A DNA stretch of 63,683 nucleotides, filler included, from Octopus bimaculoides (lineage: Eukaryota), in assembly GCF_001194135.2 (NCBI RefSeq). It is 7 parts of 6 records of this genome, joined end to end, with 100 filler letters (N's around TTAATTAATTAA, not from the genome) between each part and the next. Parts side by side here need not be neighbours in the genome. Positions count along the whole stretch, not along the records: positions 1 to 13,154 come from NC_069002.1; positions 13,255 to 28,655 come from NC_068983.1; 5 more parts are not named here. One strand, written 5' to 3'. Under the pieces are notes generated by a model. The model was not told the DNA's origin, did not search any database, and saw only the letters and a program-made list of their open reading frames with translations. Each line of letters starts with the position of its first letter. Position 1 is the first letter of the stretch. Positions 12,655 to 25,250 of the stretch are shown one piece after another. The translations under genes and the position numbers were made by a program.

Positions 12655-13198
12655 ATATGTATATATGTATGCATGTATGCATGTATGTACGCATGTATTT
12701 ATCTATGAACGTATGTATGTGAAAGTATACATATATATATATGTACACTCAACCAACGGGAAATGTAAATGCCGCACGCCGGATTCGAAACTGGGTCACG
12801 AACTCCCATACGCAGGAAGGCCTCTGCTCTTATAAGTAGGCTCGCGAAATGTTTATGCATTCATAAGCATAAATATAGCCACACACACACACACACAAAC
12901 TCATACACAAGCGTTAGCACACACGCACACACGCAGGCACACATACATACACATACATACACACACACACAAACACATTTATGCATACATCTACATAACG
13001 ATAGATCGATATAGATAACAAAAACCCAAATACATGGTTATACACACATTTTTTGGACGTGCATACACAAATATATATATCCATACATATATATGTATAT
13101 ATACATGGATACGTACTTACGTACATACATACATAATATATATATATATATATANNNNNNNNNNNNNNNNNNNNNNNNNNNNNNNNNNNNNNNNNNNN

Positions 13199-13210
13199 TT
13201 AATTAATTAA
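13199..13210. other. Artificial scaffolding spacer TTAATTAATTAA inside an N run (also 28700-28711, 45249-45260, 58286-58297, 60624-60635, 61937-61948)
   Basis: Same 12-mer with stops in all six frames, each centred in an N run (44 N on either side at the first site, giving 100 bp). Confidence 0.95.
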
Positions 13211-14896
13211 NNNNNNNNNNNNNNNNNNNNNNNNNNNNNNNNNNNNNNNNNNNNATATATATATATATATATACACATATAAATACATAGACGCACACAC
13301 ATATATATATAGTTAGGGTATATTCTGTTATGAACATAGTAGAGTACAGTATAAAGCTCGTCCAATTTCAGATTTACCTTGTGCTATCCAGTAGTAATTT
13401 AAAAGTACTTCCAGGTTTGCGTTTGGGCACCGGTCGCGTGTGAATATATAACTGAAAAAAATGGAGTCAGTAAGAAAGGTTACAGTTGAACATTTATTTT
13501 TTAATCACTATAATTGTTTCCACGCACCGTAGTTCTCAAGGAGTGCAGGCACTTGATTATGTAACTGTTTCCCTGCACCATGAGATCTAGTTGTGTATCC
13601 TCAGGCGATATGTATGAGGATGTATATGGATGGCCTCAGACATTTTATGGTTGCCCCTGTTCCGCTGTGTTGCTTTGATATGCACTGTGAATTCACGGGC
13701 CTGGCAGAGGGATAGAAGAATTAGGGAGGGACGAGTAAAGAAAGAAAAGGAACAGAGGGAAGTGAAGGAAGAGGGAAGGTGAGAATGAATGGAAGGCCAG
13801 GAAATGTGAAAGAGGGGGAGCGAAAGAAAGAAAAGTGGAAAGAACGAAGTAAATGTGAAGGGGCTGAAAGAGAGAAAGATTGAAAGAATAAGAGAGTCAT
13901 ATAGAATTTATATATATATATATNNNNNNNNNNNNNNNNNNNNNNNNNNNNNNNNNNNNNNNNNNNNNNNNNNNNNNNNNNNNNNNNNNNNNNNNNNNNN
14001 NNNNNNNNNNNNNNNNNNNNNNNNNNNNNNNNNNNNNNNNNNNNNNNNNNNNNNNNNNNNNNNNNNNNNNNNNNNNNNNNNNNNNNNNNNNNNNNNNNNN
14101 NNNNNNNNNNNNNNNNNNNNNNNNNNNNNNNNNNNNNNNNNNNNNNNNNNNNNNNNNNNNNNNNNNNNNNNNNNNNNNNNNNNNNNNNNNNNNNNNNNNN
14201 NNNNNNNNNNNNNNNNNNNNNNNNNNNNNNNNNNNNNNNNNNNNNNNNNNNNNNNNNNNNNNNNNNNNNNNNNNNNNNNNNNNNNNNNNNNNNNNNNNNN
14301 NNNNNNNNNNNNNNNNNNNNNNNNNNNNNNNNNNNNNNNNNNNNNNNNNNNNNNNNNNNNNNNNNNNNNNNNNNNNNNNNNNNNNNNNNNNNNNNNNNNN
14401 NNNNNNNNNNNNNNNNNNNNNNNNNNNNNNNNNNNNNNNNNNNNNNNNNNNNNNNNNNNNNNNNNNNNNNNNNNNNNNNNNNNNNNNNNNNNNNNNNNNN
14501 NNNNNNNNNNNNNNNNNNNNNNNNNNNNNNNNNNNNNNNNNNNNNNNNNNNNNNNNNNNNNNNNNNNNNNNNNNNNNNNNNNNNNNNNNNNNNNNNNNNN
14601 NNNNNNNNNNNNNNNNNNNNNNNNNNNNNNNNNNNNNNNNNNNNNNNNNNNNNNNNNNNNNNNNNNNNNNNNNNNNNNNNNNNNNNNNNNNNNNNNNNNN
14701 NNNNNNNNNNNNNNNNNNNNNNNNNNNNNNNNNNNNNNNNNNNNNNNNNNNNNNNNNNNNNNNNNNNNNNNNNNNNNNNNNNNNNNNNNNNNNNNNNNNN
14801 NNNNNNNNNNNNNNNNNNNNNNNNNNNNNNNNNNNNNNNNNNNNNNNNNNNNNNNNNNNNNNNNNNNNNNNNNNNNNNNNNNNNNNNNNNNNNNNN

Positions 14897-14933
<37 letters not shown>

Positions 14934-14934
<1 letters not shown>

Positions 14935-15315
14935 GGTGCAGGCGTGGTTGTGTGGTACGTACCTTGCTTCTCAACCACATAGTTCCGTGTTCTGTCCCAC
15001 TATAGTCTTGGGCTGACCATAGCCTCGTGAGTGGATTTTGGTAGACAGAAACCAAGGAGACCGTGGTATGTATTCATATATATGTATGTGTGTGTGTGTG
15101 TTTCTCTCTGAGTTTGTCCATACCACTGCTTGACAACCGGTGTTTGTGTGTATGCGTCCCTATAACATTGCAGTTCGGCAAAAGAAACCGGTAGAATAGG
15201 CGTCGGGCTTATAAAAAGAAAGTAAACCCTGGAGTCGTATTCTTCGATTAAAAACTTCTTGAACACGGTTCTCCAGCATGGCCGTAGTCTAATGACTGAA
15301 ACAAGTAAAGGATAA
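14934..15315 (+). mobile_element. SINE family A, full length, diverged
   Basis: Head, internal TG repeat and 3' end TGACTGAAACAAGTAAAG all present. Confidence 0.85.
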
Positions 15316-15383
15316 AATACATCCATCCATATATGCATATATNNNNNNNNNNNNNNNNNNNNNNNGAGAGAGAGAGAGAGAGG

Positions 15384-15419
<36 letters not shown>

Positions 15420-15840
15420 GATATTATGTGTATTTCTTTGTGTACGCCGGTGTAAAAGTATCGTAATATTTCCTTCGTAAATAGTGGTAATTTGTTAAAG
15501 AGATGTAAATCATTAGAAATTCCGTAAAAATGATTCATACTAAAAGCTGGAGTCGATATAATTGACTACCACTATTGAAAGTGGTCGTTCCATTACGTCT
15601 GCAGTCTAATGAATGGCTTACTAACTTACTAACTTGCAAACTGTATATGTATCACTACATATGTACTTACATATAGAATTTAGAAACTTGGAATAAATTG
15701 CTTTTAATGGTTGAAGTCGACTTACTTTAAGTTCAACCTCAAAAGCTTGAAAAGTCAACTATTTTTATATTTTCTACGAACGGCTTGAAAATCACTTTCT
15801 TCCTACACCTCGATCATTACGCCTTACATATCTCTCTCTT

Positions 15841-15885
<45 letters not shown>

Positions 15886-16350
15886 ATGTGTATACATGTA
15901 ATATATANNNNNNNNNNNNNNNNNNNNNNNNNNNNNNNNNNNNNNNNNNNNNNNNNNNNNNNNNNNNNNNNNNNNNNNNNNNNNNNNNNNNNNNNNNNNN
16001 NNNNNNNNNNNNNNNNNNNNNNNNNNNNNNNNNNNNNNNNNNNNNNNNNNNNNNNNNNNNNNNNNNNNNNNNNNNNNNNNNNNNNNNNNNNNNNNNNNNN
16101 NNNNNNNNNNNNNNNNNNNNNNNNNNNNNNNNNNNNNNNNNNNNNNNNNNNNNNNNNNNNNNNNNNNNNNNNNNNNNNNNNNNNNNNNNNNNNNNNNNNN
16201 NNNNNNNNNNNNNNNNNNNNNNNNNNNNNNNNNNNNNNNNNNNNNNNNNNNNNNNNNNNNNNNNNNNNNNNNNNNNNNNNNNNNNNNNNNNNNNNNNNNN
16301 NNNNNNNNNNNNNNNNNNNNNNNNNNNNNNNNNNNNNNNNNNNNTATATA

Positions 16351-16386
<36 letters not shown>

Positions 16387-17934
16387 TATATGTATATGTA
16401 TATGTACATGTATACTTACACACACACGAACACATAACCTTTGCGTCATGAAATTTTAAAGATAAGTGTTTATACTCTAGATTTTTTTACTGTGTATTTG
16501 TATTTGGAAATGATTTATCGTTTGATTGCTTGTTATCGCCATCCCGGGAGAGTTTTCTTTTAAATCCATTATATTGATTCTTCTAACTATGCAATTTGTT
16601 TGTCTAATGGAGAAAAAAACCTGTACAAGAGAAGAATACTTGGTGCTTTCAAGTTCAAATTCTAAGCGTCATGATATATGCACGACTTTTGTTACAAATC
16701 AGTTTGCATAGTAGCTTTACATAATACTTTCATATTAGCTTGAAGTCGTCTCTGAAGGAATCTACCATAATCATTGCGGTTTATGAAGCTGAAACTGATA
16801 AAAAAAAGTTTACTATTAACGCAGGGGAACTGTTGCTGTCACAAAAATATTTCCACAAACACAGGCGAGAACGAGAAAACCTATATGACGTTACTTGATC
16901 AGCGAAAATTACGGGTAAGATCGCCCTTAAATCACGGACCACCATTTTAAAGAAAATAAATAGCACTGGATAATATTCTACCGAAGAAAAGATAATAATA
17001 AAAGACAGGATGGGTAATGGTGGAATAACTTTGATCTTCGTTCTTCTGAATTAGAGATGACAAAGAGTAAGTGACAAGTTACAATAGTAGTAAAAGACTC
17101 TACAAGAACGGTTTCCAACATGTCTACTTTGAAACTACATGACTCTCGAATCGATCCTACGAAGTTGTAAATCTACTTTTAGATTCCTATTAACCAATAT
17201 CTTGTCATTGTTATTGTAAAGACGCAAACTACGCTGAAACTGGGCGTACATATATACATATATACATACATACATACATACATACATGCATGCATGGATG
17301 CATGCATACATACATACATACATACATACATAGATAGATACATAGATACATGCATGCATGATGGCCGTCCACTCGTGACCGAGGAAGACCATTGCCAACC
17401 TTCGAGAACGTTGTGCTGTCTAGGACTAACTTATATTTTGCATTTGAAATAAGATAAATATATATAGGGGGAGAGAAAGGAAAATGCACATATCGAACAG
17501 AGGTCGGCAATGCCTGTGCAGAGTTTTAGGTCCAATAAGGCTTGCACAACACCTCATAGACTCTCTCCACTTTATTGACATTATCCAGAGACAAGCCGGA
17601 GCAAGATGTCTGGTGCAAGTATATGCATGAGAAAAAATCGGATTTTTTCTCACTCGTGTTGGGAATAGCCTGTTGCTCAACGAAAGCTTCGAGAAAGTAG
17701 CAAAAATGTTTGCGAATTGTAATTGTAATTGTAATTGTATGTATGTATGTATGTATGTATGTATGTATGTATGTATGTATGTATGTATATATGTATGTAT
17801 GTATATTTGTACGTACGTATGTATACATGCATAAAAGGACAAATTAAAGGTTATCAACGATGTTGCTGGAGAGCACATGGCATCATGTGATATTAATTGC
17901 TGGAATATTAATATCCTTATATACACGGCCGCTA

Positions 17935-20205
17935 TTACTCTTAAAGAAAACCTAGGAGAAATCTACGGTGAACAAAGTAACGAAATTACTGAACGAAAAC
18001 AACCTAGATGAAAAACAAAACTTGAAGGAAACATCAACAACGTGTGCTGCCATATTGGATGGTTAACTGCAACAATAAAATGAGTTTACACCTCACCAAC
18101 TCTACCTTAGATAAAAATTAATGAAACTTTATGGCAACTCTTCTCACCGAGCTCTTGGGGGAAAGCTAATCATTTTAAAACATGAACTTAGGACGATGAG
18201 CGAGAAACTCAGCTATAGCAAGCGAATTTTTGCGAGCTAGTATCAATCGCAAGTTTGCTTCCATTATACAGAGATGAGAAGGAAAATATTATCATTAAGA
18301 AAGCTCCCCATAAGATCTACAATCATTCTGGTCAAAAATTTGGATCGAAGAGAGGGATCTCAACCTGAATGCATCATGATTAAATACAACTGAGAGAGAG
18401 TACTGTACCAGCACTAATAGTAAAACATACAAAATTGATGCAGAAACCTTCGCTACAGCAGTAGGCAAACTTCAGAATGGGAAGGCACCTGGAAGGGATC
18501 TAATAGTTGTATATTGGTACAAGAAGCGGACATTTTATTGAAACCAAATACGTACGTTCAAAAGGACTATGGAAGGTCATACAAATATACCACATTGGCT
18601 TGCTACAACAAGGAAAAGTCTTGTTGCCAAAAATGAAATTACCGAGATGGCAGGAAACTACAGGCCCATTGATTGCCTAAACATTATGTACAAACTGTAC
18701 ACAAGTTGCCTCAACCAATTCCTCCAGGACCATTTTGAGTCGAACAACATTGTAACTGATGAACAGGCTAGTGGATAGAAGTATGAGAATGTACCGAACA
18801 ACTTTTAATAAACAAAGCTGAACTGTCTGATTTAAGAAAACAATGCAGAAACCTTGTGACAGTATGGCTTGACTAAAAGAAGGCATTCGACTCTATCCCT
18901 CATTCATGGCTGTTGAAGTACCTACATCTGGCCAGGGTACCTACTACCTCAGTTGCTGCTATAGAGAGACTCACAAAGACATGGTCAACTATTTTTACCC
19001 TTACAGCTGAGAACAGAATATTTGTTTCTAATATATGGACATTACAGAGGGAATATTCCAGGGAGATAGACTTTGTGTACTTCTTTTTATTTTGGCACTG
19101 AATTCATTATCGTTCTTACTGCAGAAGACAAATGGTTACATGCTAGGATCATCAACTGCCAGAAATATCTATGTAACTCATAATTTCTTTGTAGATGACA
19201 TGAAGATTTATGAACATTTTCAGCTGGTATAGGCATGGAATTTGGCCAAAAGAAATATTCATATTTGGTTATAGAACAAAGAAAGTCAGTCCCCTAAACC
19301 CCAAACCTGTGCATCAACGGTCTCTCTATCTCCCCCTTTCCACATAAAGAATTACAAGTACCTAGGCATAGACGAAAATGTATCATATGAAGGCACTGTG
19401 AATGAAGATAGAGTGACCCGAGAATATTACACCAGACTTAGGAAAATATGGCAGTCAGAACTCTCTTCTTACATCAAACATTATCCCACATTGCATTTGA
19501 AGTACCAGTGCTGATCCTAGTATTTGGAATACTTGATTGGTCTGTAGAGGAAATCCACTCCATAGATATCAAAACCCGCAAAATCTTGGCAACAACTGGG
19601 AAGTTCCACAGAAACAGTGATGTTGACAGGCTTTACCTAAGAAAAAATGAAGGTGATAGAGGCCTGAGATCAGTGCAGACGGCCTTCGAATACCGTATTG
19701 TATCACTCCAGGCAGCACCTGCTAAATAACAGCGGCAAAAATGAATATATTAATGCAGTCCTGAAATGTGAAGTGAGCAACATGGTACGAGTTGGCTGTA
19801 AACTCAAGAAACACTCTCTTCCTGATGATCTCCTATACAGCTGGGTTCTTTTACCTCAAAGAAGACCTGGATAGAAAGCATACAAAAAAAAAAAAAGAAG
19901 ACCATGCATGCGTATGTTGCCCGGAAGCTTGAAGAAGACAGCAGAATTGACACGAAGCGCAGCCTTTCTTGGACACGAGACCACTACATCGCATTACACT
20001 TTGAAGGTTATGCGTTTCCAATCCAGGAACAGGAGATTGCTACAATGTACCTGGTGAACAAAAGAGACAGTGACACTTGTAATCCCAAGGTACAACCGCA
20101 AGTATACACTATGTCATATTTCTGTGAAAGAAATTTCGCATGTGGTTAGCAGCTGTCCTACAATATCATCACGGTACTACCTTCCTATGCGTCACGATGT
20201 TGTGG
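17935..20205 (+). mobile_element. Decayed R4/Dong-clade non-LTR retrotransposon (RT to CCHC)
   Basis: KAPGRDLI, NYRPIDCLNIMYKLYTSCL, KAFDSIPHSWL, GIFQGDRL, FFVDDMK, YKYLGIDE, DRLYLRKNEGDRGL, EISHVVSSC...RHD; many stops and frameshifts; interrupted at the 3' end by SINEs. Confidence 0.92.
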
Positions 20206-20220
20206 TCGTGGTCGGGTTAG

Positions 20221-21000
20221 AGGTGATAGTCGTAGGCTGTGCAGTAAGCGGTCTGCTTTCCAGCCCCATGGTTCCGAGTTCAGTTCCACCGCGTATCAAC
20301 TTGGATAAATTTCTTCTGTTATAGCCTCTGGCCGACCAAAGCCTTGTAAGTGGATTTGGTAGACGGAAACTGAAAGAAACCCGTCGTATATTCATAAATG
20401 TGTTTGTGTGTGTTTGTGTGTGTGCGTTTCTGTGAGTATATATGCGGATGTAGGTGTGTTTCTCTCTGTATTTGTTCCCACCACAGCTTGACAACCGGTG
20501 TTAGTTTTGTTACTACTCTGTAAGCTGGCAGTTTGGCAAAATAGACCGATAGAATAAGTACCACTCTGTAGTGATACTGTAAGTCGCGTCTGATGGTGCG
20601 GTGTGCAGACAACTGTCTATTGTCAGCAATGCCACTGGCTCTCATTGAAGTGCATTGGAAAGGCGGCGAGCTGGCAGAAACGTTAGCACGCCGGGCGAAA
20701 TATTTAGCGGTATTTCGTCTGTCGCTACGTTCTGAGTTCAAATTCTGCCGAGGTCGACTTTGCCTTTCATCCTTTCGGGGTCGATTAAATAAGTACCAGT
20801 TACGTACTGGGGTCGGTATAATCGACTTAATTCATTTGTCTGTCCTTGTTTGTCCCCTCTGTCTGTAGCCCCTCGTGGGCAGTAAAGAAATAAGAATAAG
20901 TACCACTCTTACAAAGTACTGAGATCGATTCATTCAACTAAATATTTCAAGACTGCGGCCACAGCATGGCAGGAGTCTAATGACTGAAGCAAGCAAAAAA
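20221..21000 (+). mobile_element. SINE family A, diverged, interrupted by a family B insertion
   Basis: Head at 20221, body to 20567, 3' tail resumes at 20893 after the duplicated target. Confidence 0.8.
20568..20892 (+). mobile_element. SINE family B (20661-20892) plus a 93-nt 5' extension, bounded by a 17-bp TSD
   Basis: AGAATAAGTACCACTCT occurs at 20551-20567 and 20893-20909; family B head AGGCGGCGAGCTGGCAGAAACGTTAGC starts at 20661. Confidence 0.88.
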
Positions 21001-21141
21001 CGAAAGATGAAAGATACAGAATTTGGCGGTTAGGATTAATATAGAACAGAATGAATGTAACAAACTAGGCGTTTATAACCTGTGAAACGGAGTAAGATCT
21101 AAGTTTTCGAGCGTGGTCCTTCGCTGAAAGACCCTTAAAAT

Positions 21142-21590
21142 AGGCGCAGGCGTGGCTGTGTGGTAAGAAGCTTGCTTTTCAACAACATGGTTCCGAGTTC
21201 AGTCCCACTGCATGGTACCTTGGACAAGTGTTTGTCTACTATAGCTTCAGGCTGACCAAAGTCTTGTGTGTGGATTTGGTAGATGGTAACTGAAAGAAGC
21301 TCGTGGTATACATGTGTAAATGTGCGTATTTGTGTGTGTGTGTGCATGTGGGTATGTCTGCGTGCGTGTGCATATGTGTGTGTGTGTGTCTTTGTATCTG
21401 TATTTGTCCCCGCCATCACCGCTTTACAAACGGTACTGGTGTGTTTACCTCCGCGTAACCTGTCGGTTCAGCAAAAGAGACCGATAGAATAAGTACTAGA
21501 CTTAACAAAAAATAAGTCCACGGGTCAATTTCTTCGACTAAAAAATGACTGAAACAAATAAGAGAATAAAAGAATAAAAGAATAAAAGAA
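21142..21590 (+). mobile_element. SINE family A, full length, with (AATAAAAG)n tail
   Basis: AGGCGCAGGCGTGGCTGTGTGGTAAG head through TGACTGAAACAAAT and repeated tail. Confidence 0.9.
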
Positions 21591-23419
21591 TTACTGTATC
21601 ACTTAGTAACTGCCTTCAGCCCAGCCACATTCATACAGCATTACAGAATCTCCGCCTCCCACCTCATCGAACTTAACATTATAATATTCGCCATTTTTGT
21701 TATAATTTCTCTCTCCAGTCAATTGTCCCCTAAAACTTGTCAGTTATTGCAGCCCCTACATCAGTTTAACTGACGTGTATATCCACTTGAATATATTACC
21801 ACCACCATGGGCGTTGTTCTCCATTATCTTGTAAGAATATCATTCACTGTGTCTTGTGGTCGCCTGGATGCCTGGTGTGTACGTGCGCCCGCATGTGTGT
21901 TTATGTATGTATATATGCATGTGAGTGTATGTATGTATGTATGTATGTATGTATGTATGTATGCATGTATGCATGTGTGTGTTTGCATGTGTTCGTTTGT
22001 GTATACGTGTATAGTTTTATATATACGAACATACATGCACACAAACACAGACACATTAATATATAAGAGTTTGTGTACGTATGCATTTGTCTGCGCACGT
22101 GTGTGTATGTATATGTGTGCGTACGCATGTTTGTTTATACATACATACATACACACACACACAAACACATAANNNNNNNNNNTATACACGTACATACATA
22201 CATATACATATATACGTACATACATGCACATACATATATATGTACATATATACATATACACGTGCATACGTACATACACACACACACATACACATTAATG
22301 TATAAGATGCTGTGTGTGTGTGTGTGGGGGGGGGGTCTCTGTATGCGTTTATGCTTGTGCGCGCGCATGCGTGTGTGTGTGTGTGTGTGTACGTTTCTAT
22401 ATGTGCATGTGTGCCGTTATCCGTCTATCATTCAGCACAGCTGCTCCATTTAAGGGATTGCCAGTAGATTAATTATCGTCAGACAATTGACATTGCACTA
22501 ATCGCGTAATACATGCGAGACAGAGCCTCGTTTTAGTAATCTCAATGTCTTATTCTTTCTTCTTTCTTTTTCTTTCTTTTGCTTTTCATCTACGTCATCG
22601 TATTTTTGTTTCCTATGTCCTTTTTGAGCATAACTTCGTTCTGCTAATATGCATTCTAACAGATTTCCGAAAGAGTCAAACATCATCCAATAAAGTATTT
22701 GCCAAGCGTTGGACCACCACCNNNNNNNNNNNNNNNNNNNNNNNNNNNNNNNNNNNNNNNNNNNNNNNNNNNNNNNNNNNNNNNNNNNNNNNNNNNNNNN
22801 NNNNNNNNNNNNNNNNNNNNNNNNNNNNNNNNNNNNNNNNNNNNNNNNNNNNNNNNNNNNNNNNNNNNNNNNNNNNNNNNNNNNNNNNNNNNNNNNNNNN
22901 NNNNNNNNNNNNNNNNNNNNNNNNNNNNNNNNNNNNNNNNNNNNNNNNNNNNNNNNNNNNNNNNNNNNNNNNNNNNNNNNNNNNNNNNNNNNNNNNNNNN
23001 NNNNNNNNNNNNNNNNNNNNNNNNNNNNNNNNNNNNNNNNNNNNNNNNNNNNNNNNNNNNNNNNNNNNNNNNNNNNNNNNNNNNNNNNNNNNNNNNNNNN
23101 NNNNNNNNNNNNNNNNNNNNNNNNNNNNNNNNNNNNNNNNNNNNNNNNNNNNNNNNNNNNNNNNNNNNNNNNNNNNNNNNNNNNNNNNNNNNNNNNNNNN
23201 NNNNNNNNNNNNNNNNNNNNNNNNNNNNNNNNNNNNNNNNNNNNNNNNNNNNNNNNNNNNNNNNNNNNNNNNNNNNNNNNNNNNNNNNNNNNNNNNNNNN
23301 NNNNNNNNNNNNNNNNNNNNNNNNNNNNNNNNNNNNNNNNNNNNNNNNNNNNNNNNNNNNNNNNNNNNNNNNNNNNNNNNNNNNNNNNNNNNNNNNNNNN
23401 NNNNNNNNNNNNNNNNNNN

Positions 23420-23494
<75 letters not shown>

Positions 23495-23496
<2 letters not shown>

Positions 23497-23699
23497 CACC
23501 AGGACTTACAAATATATATAACATACAGAAAATTGCACTACTGGGTACTGCACACATTCTACGCAAAACACTTTCAATACAGTAAGCATAAGAGCACCAC
23601 AGCAAACCACAGCACATACCCAAGGCGCACAGAGCTGCGCTCGGTAGTGAAGTGAAAGCACGTTATAAAAATAAAACTACTGAACAATAATAATAATAA
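23495..23699 (+). mobile_element. Extreme 3' end of an R4/Dong-type element embedded in (TAA)n
   Basis: Reads NTPGLTNIYNIQKIALLGTAHILRKTLSIQ*, resembling the R4/Dong RLE C-terminus; flanked by (TAA)n upstream and a short TAA tail. Confidence 0.75.
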
Positions 23700-23929
23700 G
23701 AAGAAGAAGAAGAAGAATAACAAGGGCACTTTATCTTTTCGAGTCCGAGAAGATGAATGGTAAAGTTGACATCTGCGGTATTTGAATTGAAGACGTTATC
23801 AGGCGGAAGAAATACTGCTAAGTATTTTCTCCTATGCGCTAACGTTGATAAATCCGCGTACAAAAGGGACAAAAAAGGAAGAATCATACAGTAAAATACA
23901 AAGCATTTATTCAAATGTATGAATAATTA

Positions 23930-24840
23930 AAAGACAAAGATAACTTACGACAAAATTATAATAACAAAATTCCCCAGTAGAGAATAGTACCACTAAGTGG
24001 TAACCAAGTAACCCCACAGGTCCTGGGACAATCTGGCCGTGAAGGGCACTATTGGGAGGCATTATCTCTCATCCGTTCTCTCTATCATGTAGACGCCAAC
24101 TTGGAGTAGGCCCATATACTCGAACTATTTCGTTACATTCACCCACCTTTCAGCAGCTTTGCCTCCCTCTCAAACTTCACCTTTCTTTTCAAAGGAAACT
24201 TTAAAAATGGATGCGGGCTTAGCCAAAGAAGAAACTGTCCGTCTTTAGTCATGTCAATCTTGTCCACCCCACCCCATACACGCTCTGTCACCATAGGCAC
24301 CAGGCACAGAAAACTTCTTGCCCCTCCTGGAATAAATGAAGGCAGCGAGGCAATCTTCACACCGGAGTCGGCCGATTTCCGGATTCGTCTCACAAACAAG
24401 ATGCTCAACATTACTCCACAAGTCAGCAATGCATGGCCACTGTAAACACACCTCTCGTGCACGTTCAGCTGATGGCACTTCTATGTCTGCAGAGTTTATT
24501 CCGAACCAACAATTCCATACCCCTCTCCGGCAGTACTGTCAGCCCAAACATTTCTGGAGATTATCCATAGGCCTAAGTCCGAAAGTTCTACAGACCAGAT
24601 CAGCCGGATGATTCACTTCGACGACCAGAGTCTTACCGAAGAGGTCATCGCTCTTGCCCGCCACTAATTTCTTTTAATACGCCATGGTGTACGTCTGTTC
24701 CTGACGGTGCATGTCTGTATCTCACTTACCAGAGTATCGACGACAAGCTCCTGCATTTAAGACAAAAACTTTGCCATAAATCTTGAACACAGCATTTGGA
24801 AGAGTTTCCGCACCTTCAAGGATTTTAGTTCAGCGAATCG
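23930..24840 (-). mobile_element. Decayed Tx1/L1-clade LINE 3' region
   Basis: Minus-strand PMDNLQKCLG*QYCR and CLQWPCIADLWSNVEHL align with PMDNFQRSLAWQCYR and VQCPTISELWAYVEQL of the 37142 copy. Confidence 0.75.
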
Positions 24841-24850
24841 GTCCCAGTAA

Positions 24851-24983
24851 ATGTTTTTTTTAAAGCCTAGTACTTATCCTATAAGTCTTTTTTGCCGAAC
24901 CGCTACGTTACGGGGAGTAAGCATACACATACATACATACACACATACATACATACACACATACATACACACATATATACATA

Positions 24984-25025
<42 letters not shown>

Positions 25026-25137
25026 NNNNNNNNNNNNNNNNNNNNNNNNNNNNNNNNNNNNNNNNNNNNNNNNNNNNNNNNNNNNNNNNNNNNNNNNNNN
25101 NNNNNNNNNNNNNNNNNNNNNNNNNNNNNNNNNNNNN

Positions 25138-25181
<44 letters not shown>

Positions 25182-25250
25182 GAGGAATTTCTTTCAGTTT
25201 CCGTTTACTAAATCCGTTTACAAGGCTTTGGTTGGTCAGCTCCATAGTAG
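24851..25250 (-). mobile_element. SINE family A spanning a gap
   Basis: 3' half at 24851-24920 and middle part at 25180-25250, both reverse complement. Confidence 0.75.

Noticed and set aside
12788-12798. RORE consensus match AAACTGGGTCA
   Set aside because: Lies in a degenerate tRNA/SINE-like sequence; about one chance match is expected in the window.
13199-13210. Recurrent palindrome TTAATTAATTAA between N runs
   Set aside because: Synthetic six-frame-stop scaffold spacer, not biology.
13400-13700. Possible mariner 3' remnant
   Set aside because: Only vague resemblance; no TIR pair or catalytic motif found.
11615-16451. Long ORFs containing X runs or HT/YI/CV repeats (also throughout 21800-23600, 40800-42600, 45700-48900, 55000-60200)
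   Set aside because: Artefacts of N gaps and dinucleotide or tetranucleotide repeats.
21095-21135. Minus-strand CAGCGAAG...GCTCGAAAAC, resembling a PLE hammerhead
   Set aside because: Core too degenerate to support.
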